DNA from: Eledone cirrhosa
Lineage: Eukaryota
Assembly: GCA_964016885.1 (NCBI GenBank)
Contig: OZ024741.1
Location: forward strand, 132,060,001-132,124,000
Reading direction: 5' to 3'
Length of the DNA stretch: 64,000 nt
Every line of letters begins with the position of its first letter. Within the stretch, counting starts at the first letter, position 1. The notes beneath the pieces were generated by a model. That model did no database searches and was not told the origin of the DNA. It worked only from the letters and a program-made list of their open reading frames with translations. Shown piece after piece: positions 13,301 through 26,254 of the stretch. The position numbers and the translations under genes are program-made.

Positions 13301-14236
13301 ACAAAGAATACACATATCTGCTGTATAAAGAGAAGGATTGTGACTAGAGAATCTTGTGGAAGGCTTACTAAAAGGTAAATAATTTCTTTTTTTTTCTTTT
13401 ATTTTTCTTTTTTTGTTGTTTTTTTCATTTGTGAGAATAAGTTTTATACTACGATTTGGCGTCAGTTATATTGATGGGGCATATTCAGACAATGTAGTAA
13501 GGTGTGGAGCTATAGATATGAGCTTCAAATGGCGCCAGGATTTTACAATATTTGATGCAGAGTGGCAGGGAACTATATTATACATAGATTCAGCTAAAGT
13601 AATACCATGGTTAAAAGGTTTCCTATCTAATGATAGTTTATCAAACCTAGAATTGTTTCAATCAAGAAAAGAGGTCTGGTTAAAAATATTTGAATGCTCT
13701 GATAAATATCTTTCAGAAAATAATAAAGAAATATCAATGATTTGACACCAGGTCATAACGATTCTAAGGGAATAGGAAAAGGGGTAAATTAGTAAAAGAA
13801 AGGGAGCAAAAAGGCAAATAATAGATATAGACTATATTCCAAATCTATCGCGAGTAAAATCATTTAGCAAAAACATAATTAGTCAGGGGTGGAAAATAAA
13901 CATCAAGAGAAAAGCTCTCAAATTTCAATCTTCCATTATCTATCCCAGATCTGTCAACGTATAAAACGTAAAGACTTTGATTCGTTGAAATGCATTTTGC
14001 CACGAACAAGGTGTATAGTATCTATGTCCTGTGGTGTATGTGGAGTTTAGTAGTCGACATACCTGATTGAATGACAAAGAAGGGGATGGAGAGTGTGAGA
14101 AGTGTCTAGTTGGAAGAATTGGAGTGGAAACTGACAGTGAAAAGGGAGTAGGAAGAAGGTGAAAGGGAAATATTAGTAAAGAGAAGGACGATTAGGGAGA
14201 GAGATAAAGTATTCATTTAGATGTATTTGTATGTAT

Positions 14237-14361
<125 letters not shown>

Positions 14362-14800
14362 AGACGAGAGAGAGAATGTGACACATCCATACATATTTAT
14401 AAGTATTGTTATAGAGATCATTTCACTTGTATGTCTAATACTATGTGACACAAAGATTTTATGCGTGTGTGTAAGTATACATATGTGTGCGCTTATGAGT
14501 GTGTGTATGTGTGTGTGCGTGTATTTGTGAGTGTGTTTGGCTCTACTATCTGTCTGTGTGTGTTTCTGTATGCATACTCATACATACGTACATACATACG
14601 TACAGTAAACGATACTGTCTAGAACTGTATACAGGCTAATCACGTATGTGCACGTTGAACAGTGATCAATATATCACGTTGGTCTCTGCTTGTCATGGAT
14701 ACTGATTTTGTCAGCTGTACTACCTCATGTACATAGACTTTCTTGCCTTCTTTTTCCCTCCCACTTTATATTTCATTCTATTCTCTTTCTCTCACCCATC

Positions 14801-15015
<215 letters not shown>

Positions 15016-15235
15016 CGTTTCTGAATTTGTTTAGCAAGATTCTTTATCTGAAATCGTGTGTTGAAACCGATATTGTTATACTTTGGGAGGGTCATGTTGC
15101 CAATAAGAAACACACGCACCAGTTGCTTTCACTTCAATTTATTATATATTTATAAATTTATAAATTTACAAATTTACACACTTATAAATTTCTGGTTGGT
15201 TGGTTGGTTCCACAACCAGATAGTTGTTTATATAT

Positions 15236-15280
15236 AGTCATAGTCCTTTCGTCACACACTCTGTGACCTCTTCAGTGACT
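15236..15280 (-). ncRNA. Minimal hammerhead ribozyme in downstream pLTR
   Basis: AGUCA-CUGAAGA-G-GUCACA-GAGUG-UGUGAC-GAAA-GGAC-UA-UGACU. Confidence 0.88.
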
Positions 15281-15510
15281 GGGGATTCCTTTCTTTGTTT
15301 CTGTGCCTTTCCTTTCTTCTATCCTACGCCATTTTGTTTCTGTGTGTGTGTTGTGTGCTCAGTTTGCGTATGCGCCACATCCGGGTGTCTGTGTGTGTTT
15401 GTGTTCATTTATCTATTTGTTTATTTATTTATTTATTTATTGTTGGTTGGTTGTTTGTTCTATGTGTGTGTGTGTTTTCATTTTGTCCTGTGTGTGTTTT
15501 CATTCTGTCC

Positions 15511-18500
15511 TTAATTGTAAGTTGTGATGTTGCTGTTCCACTCATATTTTCTATTTAATTTTGGTTGTAATTCTTTTATGCTTACTGCCTCTGTAATTTG
15601 CCTAAACATTGCATCTTTTCTGTGTGTGGATTCTATTTTTATTTCTATGTTCTCTAATCTACCCCTGTGTTCTATCTTAGCATGTTGGTAGAGTACAGAT
15701 GATTCTTTATTATCTTGGAGGTCTCGCCAGTGTTCATTTATTCGTTCCCCTATACTACGAGCTGTCTCACCTATGTACACTATATTTTTGTTTCTACATT
15801 GTCCTTCAGTACATCTTATGCTATACACTACATTTCTAGTTTTACAGTTAATATGGGGGCTTATTTTACAGGTTATACATTTCTTATCTATACATGAAGG
15901 TCTTTGGAACGGGTATGTCTTGCTAATAAGTGTTTTTACGGAGGTACCTGGTCTTTCTACTATCTTAATATTGAGTTTATGTTTATTTAGGGCCCTTCTA
16001 AATTTGTAGGCTAGTTCGCCTCTAGGGGTTGTATTGATGAACATTACACTCTGGTATTTATTGCTATCATACCATGAGTTTATTCTATTGGCCTTGTTCC
16101 TAGTTCTTTCTATTCTATTCCAAAATTTGCTCCTATACAAGGGGCAGGTCCCATTTATGTCATTATTTACCATTTTTTCCCATTTGGTTCTGGCTCCTTT
16201 ATACACTCTGATTCTATCTCTCTGATTGTAGCCAGAGAACTGCATACGGTGGATGAAGTGTTGTATGTGTCTCTCTAGTTCTTCGGGGTTGCACATGCTG
16301 GACACATTTCTCATCACCCGTACCAAATCCGCAATCAGTATGTTGATTTTGGTATGGTCCGAAATGGCCGAGTTTCGGTGGATCAGATGTTTGGAAGTCA
16401 TGGGTTTGGCATAATGGGAATGGAGGATTTGTTTTTGGTTGTTAATGGTATCTAACCAGAGCTCTGTGTCTAGTACAGGTAATCGATGGTTGGGGTGTCT
16501 ACTTGGGTAGTCTATAGTAACTCTAATGCTCTGGTGGATGGAGTTTGCTATTTGCTGGCTTTCCATTGTGTTTTTCTCTAGTTCCTGACTGTTCTTTAGT
16601 GGGGGTGTCTTAACTACGATGTTTATATCATCTACGTAGCGGGAGTACATTATCAGGGTTAAGCTGTCTTCTAATTGTTCTTTAAGTTTTTGTTTAAGTC
16701 TACTGTCCCACCATACCATGAATAAGTTAGCTATGTCGCCTGCAATGCTAACACCAATGGCTGCTCCTTCCTCTTGGGCATATGTTTTACCATTAAATTT
16801 GAACATATGTTCCTTAAGGGTTAATTTTATGCTGGCCCCTACCGCATGTGCAATCATTTTCTTCAGTTCATCGTGGTTTTCGGGTGTCCGTATGGCTCTG
16901 GTCCACCCGTTCCATCTATCTGTGTGGGTTTTCTTGGCCATTGAGGTAATGGTAGGTGGCCTGCCTCTTGCTGGTCTTGTAGGGCACAGGTTGCTAAGGT
17001 CATAAGTGTCTAGGTAACTATTACTATGGGTAAGCTTAAGTAGAAGTCCCAGTTCACTGGTATCAATCCCACGGAACTCAACCTTGCTCTCGCTGATCAT
17101 TTCTACGCATTTCTCCACAGCAAAATCCACGTCAATAGATGGATACAGGGACACAACATCCATACTGCCTATTATGCAGTTTGTTAGGTCCCCAGATCGG
17201 TTACCCGCGCCGATTCTGCTGAGGAGGTCCTCCGTGCTGTCACATACATCTGGGGACATCTCAATGATGGGGCGTATGATCAGGGAGAGGAAGTAGGACA
17301 GTCTGTAGTTACTAGCAATGTTAGCCCCACAGACTGGCCGTGTTGGTGGTCCCGCGACAGGGTCCCAGTCCGTTTTATGGTCTTTTCGAAGCCCATACAA
17401 CGCCGGCACGTCATTGTTCCAGGCCTGGAAGTTATTGGCAGTCCTTTTGTTGGGCTGCATTATATTCGTCCACATCACCATATGGGCATTGAGGGCTTTT
17501 TCTCTATCCTCATGCTCCTGTGGTGTTACCTCTCTTGTGTTAGTGATGTGGGGTTGCATTGCCTGGATGTAGTTTGGCAGGCTGTCAACCGACATTCTGC
17601 CAGACTTGTCTGTTGGAAAACATGCTATCTCTCCATTACGCGAGCGCTGCATGAGCTTACGCAAGCCATTTGCAGATTTTTCTCCCAGTTGCTGGGCCTC
17701 TATTCTATTATGCTTCTTGCTATACTGTTCTATAATATTTCTAAGTTCGGATTTAGCTATACTAAATTGTGCTTCTGTTTGTTCATCGACCTGCGACGGC
17801 AACTGCGTGCGTTTGTTAAATGGCAAAGTCGTGGCGTGGACTCGTTGTAGGTCGAATGATTTATCGGAGGGATTATAAAACAGAGAGTTCCAGGCTGCTG
17901 CTTTATGTGTACTAGTGCTATTGTTATTGTTAGTTGTGTTGTTTCTATTTCTATTTCCACCAACAGCCTCATGGTTGTTTCTATGTCTCTCATAATTACT
18001 CCTGTCTCTTTCCACTGGCTCAATGTTGTTATCTACCCTATTTTGTGTGTCTGTGTGTTCGTCTTGGTTATTCTCTTTGTCCTTAGTCTCCCATCTCCTT
18101 TTCCTTTTAATCCTATTACTTTCCCTTATTTCTCTGATTTCTGTGCTACTGTCATTACTTGTTTTCTGTGTCTGTGTGTTTGTTAAGATTGTGGTGGTGG
18201 TGAGAGGCATTGAATGCGTGTGTGTTGTTGTTGTTGATGTGTGTTGTTGTTGATGTGTGTTGTTGTTGTCTCCGTGTGTGTTATCGTTGTTGTGTGTGTT
18301 GTTATTGTTGTTTGTGTCTGCGTGTCTGTTGTTGTTGTATCTGGGTATGTTGCTATTGTTGTTGTTGTTGATGTGTGTGTTGTTGTTATTGTTATTTGTG
18401 TCTGTGTGTCTGTTGTTGTTGGGATGTGTGTTGTATATGTGTGTGCGTATATTGTTGCTTTTGTTTTTGATGCTCCAGCGTAGTTTTGTAAATGATTTTT

Positions 18501-19221
18501 CTATTTCTGACAGACAACTAATCATATTTACCTTCTTGAATGTCGCAAATTTGGGCGGCAGACATAACACAGACATCTCATTATTATCTATTTCCGTGTT
18601 TCCATAAATGTTGGTATTTTCGTTGTTGAACTCTTCTGATAATGAGGTGTCGGCCATGTTGATACCGTCAATTTTGTCGGGATATCTATTGGTATACTCT
18701 ATAGTATCCCGATTTAGCTTTGCCTGTTTAAGCCACTTTAGTTTCCTGTTAAAGTGCTTATCACATTCTTGAGTAATGTACTGTTCTTCGGGGCGTATAA
18801 GGCTTATAAATATTAGTTTTTCTGTTGGTGTGGTGATTTTAGCTATTTCTTGTATTAGGTTACGCTTTTGTTTTTCTTGATGACTTAATTCTCTATAGAT
18901 CTTTTTTATGTTTAGAATTAAAGTTCGTTTTAGCCTATCTGCTTGTTTTTTGGTGAGTTGTAATCTTCTAACGTCGGTATTGATGGTGTTGGTGTAGATT
19001 CTAGAAGTGGCGCACAGCTTTATGAAGTGTAGTTGTCGAGATGTTATGGTTTTTCGTAGACAACAGAACATGGTGGTTTTCAGTATCTTGTTAGCCTGGC
19101 TAAGGCTTACGATATTTCGTTTCTGAATTTGTTTAGCAAGATTCTTTATCTGAAATCGTGTGTTGAAACCGATATTGTTATACTTTGGGAGAGTCATGTT
19201 GCCAATAAGAAACACACGCAC
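15511..19221 (-). CDS. PLE polyprotein: reverse transcriptase, Cys-rich linker, GIY-YIG endonuclease (first ATG at 19197)
   Basis: SMDVVSLYPSI, QEEGAAIGVSIAGDIANLFM, YSRYVDD, CIDKKCITC...C, NVVYSIRC...YIGETARSIGERINEH. 1236 codons without a stop. Confidence 0.95.
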   Translation of the reverse strand: MRVFLIGNMTLPKYNNIGFNTRFQIKNLAKQIQKRNIVSLSQANKILKTTMFCCLRKTITSRQLHFIKLCATSRIYTNTINTDVRRLQLTKKQADRLKRTLILNIKKIYRELSHQEKQKRNLIQEIAKITTPTEKLIFISLIRPEEQYITQECDKHFNRKLKWLKQAKLNRDTIEYTNRYPDKIDGINMADTSLSEEFNNENTNIYGNTEIDNNEMSVLCLPPKFATFKKVNMISCLSEIEKSFTKLRWSIKNKSNNIRTHIYNTHPNNNRHTDTNNNNNNTHINNNNNSNIPRYNNNRHADTNNNNNTHNNDNTHGDNNNTHQQQHTSTTTTHTHSMPLTTTTILTNTQTQKTSNDSSTEIREIRESNRIKRKRRWETKDKENNQDEHTDTQNRVDNNIEPVERDRSNYERHRNNHEAVGGNRNRNNTTNNNNSTSTHKAAAWNSLFYNPSDKSFDLQRVHATTLPFNKRTQLPSQVDEQTEAQFSIAKSELRNIIEQYSKKHNRIEAQQLGEKSANGLRKLMQRSRNGEIACFPTDKSGRMSVDSLPNYIQAMQPHITNTREVTPQEHEDREKALNAHMVMWTNIMQPNKRTANNFQAWNNDVPALYGLRKDHKTDWDPVAGPPTRPVCGANIASNYRLSYFLSLIIRPIIEMSPDVCDSTEDLLSRIGAGNRSGDLTNCIIGSMDVVSLYPSIDVDFAVEKCVEMISESKVEFRGIDTSELGLLLKLTHSNSYLDTYDLSNLCPTRPARGRPPTITSMAKKTHTDRWNGWTRAIRTPENHDELKKMIAHAVGASIKLTLKEHMFKFNGKTYAQEEGAAIGVSIAGDIANLFMVWWDSRLKQKLKEQLEDSLTLIMYSRYVDDINIVVKTPPLKNSQELEKNTMESQQIANSIHQSIRVTIDYPSRHPNHRLPVLDTELWLDTINNQKQILHSHYAKPMTSKHLIHRNSAISDHTKINILIADLVRVMRNVSSMCNPEELERHIQHFIHRMQFSGYNQRDRIRVYKGARTKWEKMVNNDINGTCPLYRSKFWNRIERTRNKANRINSWYDSNKYQSVMFINTTPRGELAYKFRRALNKHKLNIKIVERPGTSVKTLISKTYPFQRPSCIDKKCITCKISPHINCKTRNVVYSIRCTEGQCRNKNIVYIGETARSIGERINEHWRDLQDNKESSVLYQHAKIEHRGRLENIEIKIESTHRKDAMFRQITEAVSIKELQPKLNRKYEWNSNITTYN

Positions 19222-19337
19222 CAGTTGCTTTCACTTCAATTTATTATATATTTATAAATTTATAAATTTACAAATTTACAAACTTATAAATTTCTGGTTG
19301 GTTGGTTGGTTCCACAACCAGATAGTTGTTTATATAT

Positions 19338-19382
19338 AGTCATAGTCCTTTCGTCACACACTCTGTGACCTCTTCAGTGACT
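19338..19382 (-). ncRNA. Minimal hammerhead ribozyme in upstream pLTR
   Basis: Identical to 15236-15280. Confidence 0.88.
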
Positions 19383-19950
19383 GGGGATTCCTTTCTTTGT
19401 TTCTGTGCCTTTCCTTTCTTCTATCCTACGCCATTTTGTTTCTGTGTGTGTGTTGTGTGCTCAGTTTGCGTATGCGCCACATCCGGGTGTCTGTGTGTGT
19501 TTGTGTTCATTTATCTATTTGTTTATTTATTTATTTATTTGTTGTTGGTTGGTTGTTTGTTCTATGTGTGTGTGTGTTTTCATTTTGTCCTGTGTGTGTT
19601 TTCATTCTGTCCTTAATTGTAAGTTGTTTGTTCTATGTGTGTGTGTGTTTTCATTTTGTCCTGTGTGTGTTTTCATTTTGTCCTTAATTGTAAGTTGTGA
19701 TGTTGCTGTTCCACTCATATTTTCTATTTAATTTTGGTTGTAATTCTTTTATGCTTACTGCCTCTGTAATTTGCCTAAACATTGCATCTTTTCTGTGTGT
19801 GGATTCTATTTTTATTTCTATGTTCTCTAATCTACCCCTGTGTTCTATCTTAGCACAGATGATTCTTTATTATCTTGGAGGTCTCGCCAGTGTTCATTTA
19901 TTCGTTCCCCTATACTACGAGCTGTCTCACCTATGTACACTATATTTTTA

Positions 19951-20182
19951 TATAGAGTGTCCGTGCTGTTTGCTCTGATCTGAGATCAGATCAGAGCAAA
20001 CAGCACGGACACTCTATCTCAAAATTATTTTTGAAAAGCATTTAGAAATGCGCAACCGGTAAAAACTTAAAAACTTAAAACCACAACTGAATACTAACCC
20101 ATACAATCACTAATACTCTTTTATTCCTAATTAAACCATTTTTCAACTGTGAACAATTTGTCAGCATTTTCTATTCCGTTTA

Positions 20183-20185
<3 letters not shown>
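19951..20185 (+). mobile_element. Short PLE-like fold-back fragment with decayed U3-A8 hammerhead
   Basis: Palindrome 19952-20017. TTGAAAA-GCATTT-AG-AAATGC-GCAA-CCGG-TA at 20031-20061. Similar to 53745-53820. Confidence 0.65.
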
Positions 20186-20269
<84 letters not shown>

Positions 20270-20639
20270 GTATATATATATATACATATATAACTAGGAA
20301 TTGATCAACATATATATAAATATGAAAAATCACAGGAGATAATTTTTACAAGCGTGCAACCACGCATGGCTAGTAGGTAACAAATAAATAAAGTTAACTA
20401 GAACTTCAAAAATATATACCTTTTAATGATTAATCTTCCCTGTATATATTTCATTAAAGAAATATATTTCACCAATTAATCAGATGGTAAGTCACGGAAA
20501 GTGGATATTATTGGATTATCAACAAGGAAGAACAATATCAAGCGATCCATGTTTACACTTCGAGTCAAAATCTTAAACTGGCCGTTACCACGTGTTGATA
20601 TTACACATCACAGCGGCTTCGTTTCAGTGGCGTGAATAG

Positions 20640-21457
20640 GTATTCGACCACCATTATGGGTGCACGATCCAACACTGTGGTTCGCGCACATTGAAGCGCA
20701 GTTGGCATCGAACCGGATCGTTAGCGAGGCATCCCGTCTCACACATGTCATCGGTTCGATGTCTCCAGAGATTATGAATGAGGTTCGAGACCTCATTTTA
20801 GCACCACCCGGCTCTGTGTCATATGACACATTTAAAAGAACATTAGTTAAGTGGACGTCGGAGTCGCAGCAGAAGCGTTTGCACCAGCTCCTCATATCGG
20901 AGGAATTAGGAGATAAAAAGCCGACGCAACTCCTACGGCGAATGAAGCAGATTCTGGGAGAACATAAACTCCCGAATGAAATTTTCAAGCAACTATTCCT
21001 CCAGCGTTTGCCTTCTGCCACACAAGTTGTACTAGCATCCACCAGGGAGTCCACCACCATAGAACTCGCCGAGCTGGCAGATAAGATCATGGAGGTACCA
21101 CATCCGCACTCAACTTTAGCGAATGTGACGCCAGCCGTGCCTTCCACCAATCCTTTCCTTCAGCCCTCCAGTGCCACAGAGATGCCCGATCTACACCAGT
21201 TACTGGCACAGCAAGCAACACAGATACAGGCCTTGACGCAACAAATTAAGGCCTTGTCACTGGGCACCCCTGCCACGCGTCGGTCCAACAGTCGAACTCG
21301 CCGATTTGGAGGTCGCTCAAGAAGTCCGAGCGCATCTCGGGATTCACCAGAAATGTGTTGGTACCACCAAAGATTCGGGAGACGAGCGCAAAAGTGCAGC
21401 CATCCCTGTTCATTTGTTTCGAAAACGAATCAGGGAAACGACACAGCCAGAAACTGA
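20640..21457 (+). pseudogene. gag: Gypsy/Ty3 gag
   Basis: PPLWVHDPTLWFAHIEAQL, LGDKKPTQLLRRM, LFLQRLP, CWYHQRFGRRAQKCSHPC. Confidence 0.9.
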
Positions 21458-21495
21458 ATGCGACGGACTTTTCTGGCCCTCATAACCAAAGTCGC
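21433..21495 (+). promoter_or_regulatory. -1 ribosomal frameshift signal (G GGA AAC plus predicted pseudoknot)
   Basis: Heptamer 21433-39 in the gag frame, pol in the -1 frame. GCCAGAAA/TTTCTGGC stem; loop GCGAC pairs with GTCGC at 21491-95. Confidence 0.8.
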
Positions 21496-24400
21496 CTATT
21501 TTTCATTCAGGATCGCGTCACAGGCACGCGTTTCCTGGTCGACACCGGTGCTGAAGTCAGCATCATCCCGGTTTCCTGCGTTCCTGGAAAAAGGAGAGAG
21601 ACACCAGCCTGGCTCCAGGCGGTGAATCACTCACATATTCCGACCTACGGAGAACAGTCCCTGACACTAAATTTGGGACTTCGCCGCACTTTCCAGTGGG
21701 TATTCGTTGTGGCTAAGCTGCCGACCCCTATTTTAGGAGCTGATTTTCTTCAACACTTCTCGCTGCTAGTGGATCTGAAAAACTAACGACTCGTTGACAA
21801 CTCCACTGGTCTCGCTGTGCGCGGCATAGCCGCTAGGACAGCCACAGTCAGTCCAGTCATTTCACGATCGACAACAACAACCTGGCACAACCACATCATC
21901 AACAAATACCCAGACGTAGATCGACCACTCTTCAACGCTTGCCCTGTAAAACATGACGTCACACACCACATAAAAACACACGGACCACCTGTCGCTGCAC
22001 GACCTAGAAGGCTACCACCAGACCGGCTGAAGTCCGTCAAACAAGAATTTCAGCACATGCTGGATCTCGGCATCATACGTCGTCCAGCAGCAACTGGTCC
22101 TCACCCATACACTGTGTACCCAAGAAGTCGTCCAACGACTGGCGAATCTGTGACAACTACCGTGCACTGAACAACTGCACCGTTCCTGACTCTTATCCAG
22201 TGCCTCATCTACAGGACTTCTCTAGCTCGCTGCACGGGGCTCGCATATTTTCGAAGATCGATCTTGTGCGAGCTTACAATCAGATACCCGTTGAGCCCGC
22301 AGATATTCCAAAGACCGCCGTCACAACACCCTTTAGAATGTTCGAATTTCTGCGTATGCCTTTCGGTTTGCGAAATACAGCGCAGACATTCCAGCGATTC
22401 ATCGATACAGTCACCAGAGGTCTACATTTTGTATACGCATACATTGACGACTTACTGGTGGCCAGCAGCTCCGAGGAAGGACATGAGAAACACCTGGATA
22501 TCCTATTCACACGTTTGCGTGAATACGGAATTGTTATCAACCCCAGCAAATGTGAGTTCGGAGTTGCGTCCCTTCATTTTCTGGGACACATCATTGACAA
22601 AGATGGTATTCGCCCACTTAAGAAGAAAGTCAAATCCATCATTGACTTTCCACAACCTACATCTCTCCGCAAACTGCGAGAATTTCTTGGTCTGGTTAAC
22701 TTCTACAGAAGATTTATACCCCACTGTGCAGAGACAACCCAAACACTCACAGATTTGCTGCGGCAGCGTACAACCAAAATCGCAAACAGCAATCTCAGCG
22801 AAAAGGAATGTACCGCTTTCGCTGAGTTGAAGAAAATGTTGTCCGAGGCTACAATGCTGAGTTACCCCAAACTTGACGCCCCAATGTGTTTATTGACTGA
22901 TGCATCCGATTTAGGAGTTGGAGGTGTGCTTCAACAACTCTCTGGCGATATTTGGCGACCTGTATCTTTTTTCTCTAAGCGATTAAAACCCGCCGAAACT
23001 AAGTACAGCACATTCAGTCGTGAATTATTGGCAGCATACCTTGCTGTCAAGCATTTTCGACACATGCTAGAAGGTCGTGTGTTCTCTATATACACCGACC
23101 ACAAACCACTAGTGTACGCGTTCAACGCCAAGCCTGACCGACACTCACCCAGGGAGGTCCGACATCTGGACTTCATTTTTCAGTACACTACTGATATTCG
23201 GTACATTAAGGGTGCCACCAACTCAGCAGCTGATGCCCTATCACGCATGGAGCTTAACGCAAACCACACCACTGCCACTATCGACCTCCAGAAGATTGTA
23301 GCGGATCAACAGAATGACGAGGAACTGCTGCAACTCCGGAAATCATCCTTGAAATTGAAGGAATGCCCGCTGCCCTCTTCTTCGGGTTATATTTGGTGCG
23401 ATATCTCCACAGGCCACGAGCGCCCATACGTCCCCCGAAAACATCGACGCGACGTATTCTCGGCACTGCATTCTCTGGCATATCCTGGCGTCCGCGCCAC
23501 GCAGAAACTGATGGTTGCCCGCTTTGTGTGGCCCAATATCAACAAGGACACCCGCGAATGGGCTAGGAACTGTATCGCGTGCCAGAAGGCGAAAATTCAC
23601 CGGCACATTAAGCCCCGATCGGTTCTTTCGCAACACCTGATGCACGGTTCCAACATGTGCATATAGACATCGTTGGACCTTTGCCTCCTTCTCACAACTA
23701 CACTCATCTTCTCACCTGTGTCGACCGATTTTCTCGCTGGCCAGAAGCTTTTCCCTGACGGATATTACTGCGGAAACTGTCGCCAAAACGCTTGTGTTTC
23801 ACTGGGATTCGCGTTTCGGCACACCCACGACCATCACTACGGATAGAGGACGTCAGTTCGATTCGCACCTATTTACCAAGCTGAGTCGTCTCCTCGGGTG
23901 CAAACACATCCGTACAACAGCGTATCACCCTGCCGCTAACGGCATTGTAGAACGCTTCCACCGCCAGCTAAAAGCATCTATCAAGGCTTACGAAGACTCC
24001 ACTAACTGGTTCGAATATCTCCCACTCATTCTTCTTGGTATTCGTTCCACTGTTAAGGAGGGAGTCGGACATTCTCCGGCTGAAATGTTGTATGGCACCG
24101 TACTCACTCTACCCGGAATAATGATCGCTCCTGTTTCGCTACAAGAACTTCCAGAATCAACAAAATATGTGCACCGTTTACGGTCATCGATGTCGCATCT
24201 GTCTCCTTCATCCCCTAAACAACAACACGTTACTTCACACATACCAAAAGACATCGATACATGGACGCATGTTTTCGTTAGAAATGACGGTATTCCATCG
24301 CAACTTCGTCCGCCGTATTCCGGGCCCTATAAAGTGATACAGAAACGCCCTAAGTATTTCGTCCTCGACTTGAACGGGAAACGAAATACCGTCTCCATTG

Positions 24401-24570
24401 ATCGTTTTAAAAAAGCGTTCATAGAACAGGAATTGCCACCAGTACCCACCGTTTCTCCAGCAGACTCACCAACAACTTTGCCCGACACAAACACGACAAA
24501 TTCTGCACAACCCCGACACGCCAAATCTGGAAGAACAGTCCGATGGCCCACGCGATACGTACAAGTTTAT
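21433..24570 (+). pseudogene. pol: Gypsy/Ty3 pol (protease-RT-RNase H-integrase), disrupted
   Basis: [69 protein letters not shown]. Stop at 21784-6; frameshifts near 22085, 23612 and 23755. Confidence 0.93.
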
Positions 24571-24970
24571 CGGGTAAGTACAAATTATGCATCTGGTCGA
24601 CATTTCGACGAATTTGTACATTTCAACGAATCGGCCAATTTCTGTGGTCATGAACTATTGCACAAATCAATTAACTCTGTGCATCACCCACGTCAAAAGA
24701 ACAGACAAAAGAACATTTTTCCGTTTCTATGAAATGAACGAACTTTTAATCAACAAACTTTTCGTACGAACATTTTCAATTTTATGTAACATCACAGTGC
24801 ATTTTCCTGCATGTAAATTTTTTTTGCTTTGCATGTTTTCTTTCATTTCTCCTGTTTGTAAATGACTTTCATGTGTTTTTTGTTTTTACTGATTTTCTTC
24901 AACAACACACCTAGTCATACCTATCTTCATTTCACATGCACCTAGATCGTTCAAACTTAGCTTTCTCACT

Positions 24971-25541
24971 GGAAGGGGGGTACTATAACGGCGGCGAAGA
25001 TTCGAAACCGAATCTGAGCTTTCCCGCCTCTGGGACAAGCAGTGGTAAGTTGTTTACGCTCAAAAGATTAACCCCTTTGGAGAGGCTAAACACAGGTCAG
25101 AGGTGTTTACGCCTGGCAGAAAATAGGTCAGAGGATATATCCATCTTTCTGACTTGTTTACGCTTGGCAAACTAATCCCTTGGGAGACTAACCAAAGTTC
25201 AGAGGATATACCTATCCTTCTAACTTCAACTCTTATAAATACAGGGGTTGTTTACGCCTCGACAGAAAAGAAGTGATATACAGACAAGACAAGTCGCATT
25301 TACAAGCTCTCGTCACGAAAAACCAGTCTGCCACTTATTCTCACCTTCCTGGCTGATCGCTGACTCCTGCAATACAAACAAGTAAATATACTGATACGCA
25401 CACACGCATCATAGTGAGTTCAGTATTTTTAGACGCACCATTCATTTCTGTTTACACATATTGTACCTTTCTGATACAGTACAAATCATATTATAATTGT
25501 ATTCTGTGATACTTGAATTTACGTGGCTCGAAGAGCCACCA
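24971..25541 (+). mobile_element. Polypurine tract and 3' LTR of the Gypsy element (5' LTR not found)
   Basis: GGAAGGGGGG 24971-80, LTR from about 24984, TATAAATA at 25234. The end position is approximate. Confidence 0.65.
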
Positions 25542-25584
25542 AATTATTGTATGAATATTTTGTGTTATTGATTTTATCACGAGG

Positions 25585-25770
25585 GCGGTGGATTGGCAGT
25601 ATCGGTAGAGGATCGGACGCCATGCTTTCCAGCATAGTTACGTCCCTTTACGATCTGAGTTCAAATCCCGCCGAGGTTGACTTTGCCTTTCATCCTTACG
25701 GGGTCGATAAAATAAAGTACCAGTAATGCACTAGGTAATTGCTGGCCTTGTGCCTAAAGTAGAAACAGTT
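25585..25770 (+). mobile_element. SINE copy, full length
   Basis: GGCGGTGGATTGGCAG head, box B, tail CTTGTGCCTAAAGTAGAAAC. Confidence 0.88.
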
Positions 25771-26254
25771 ATTGATTTTATCATTCAATATTCAAATTGA
25801 ATATTGTTATAATAAAATAAACTTTGTAACAACACAATCCTGGTATTTTTCTTTACATCGAAACCACCATACCAACAGTTACATCCACCCACTTATCGTT
25901 ACAACCACACATAATATTCCGTTACATATATATATATATATATATATTTATTTAATTATCTATATATTTATTTACTTATCTATCTTTATATCTAACTATA
26001 TCTCTATCTATCTAGCTATATATATATACGGACGGCGTTCTCCCGTGTAGGAGTTAGCCCTGGACAGTAAGCTCCAAGTCGAAACGGCTTGAGCTCTGCC
26101 GTCGGGGTTGAACATTTTCCTATTACCCACGCTACTACCATAAGTATTGAGTACTCTGGTACGTTATGGTCCATCTGGTTTCTTAACACACTTCCTTCGT
26201 TATATATATATATATATATATTTATCTATCTATTTATCTATTTTGATATGATGT

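Noticed and set aside
13413-13745. 110-aa ORF as a host exon
   Set aside because: No recognisable domain; lies among decayed repeats.
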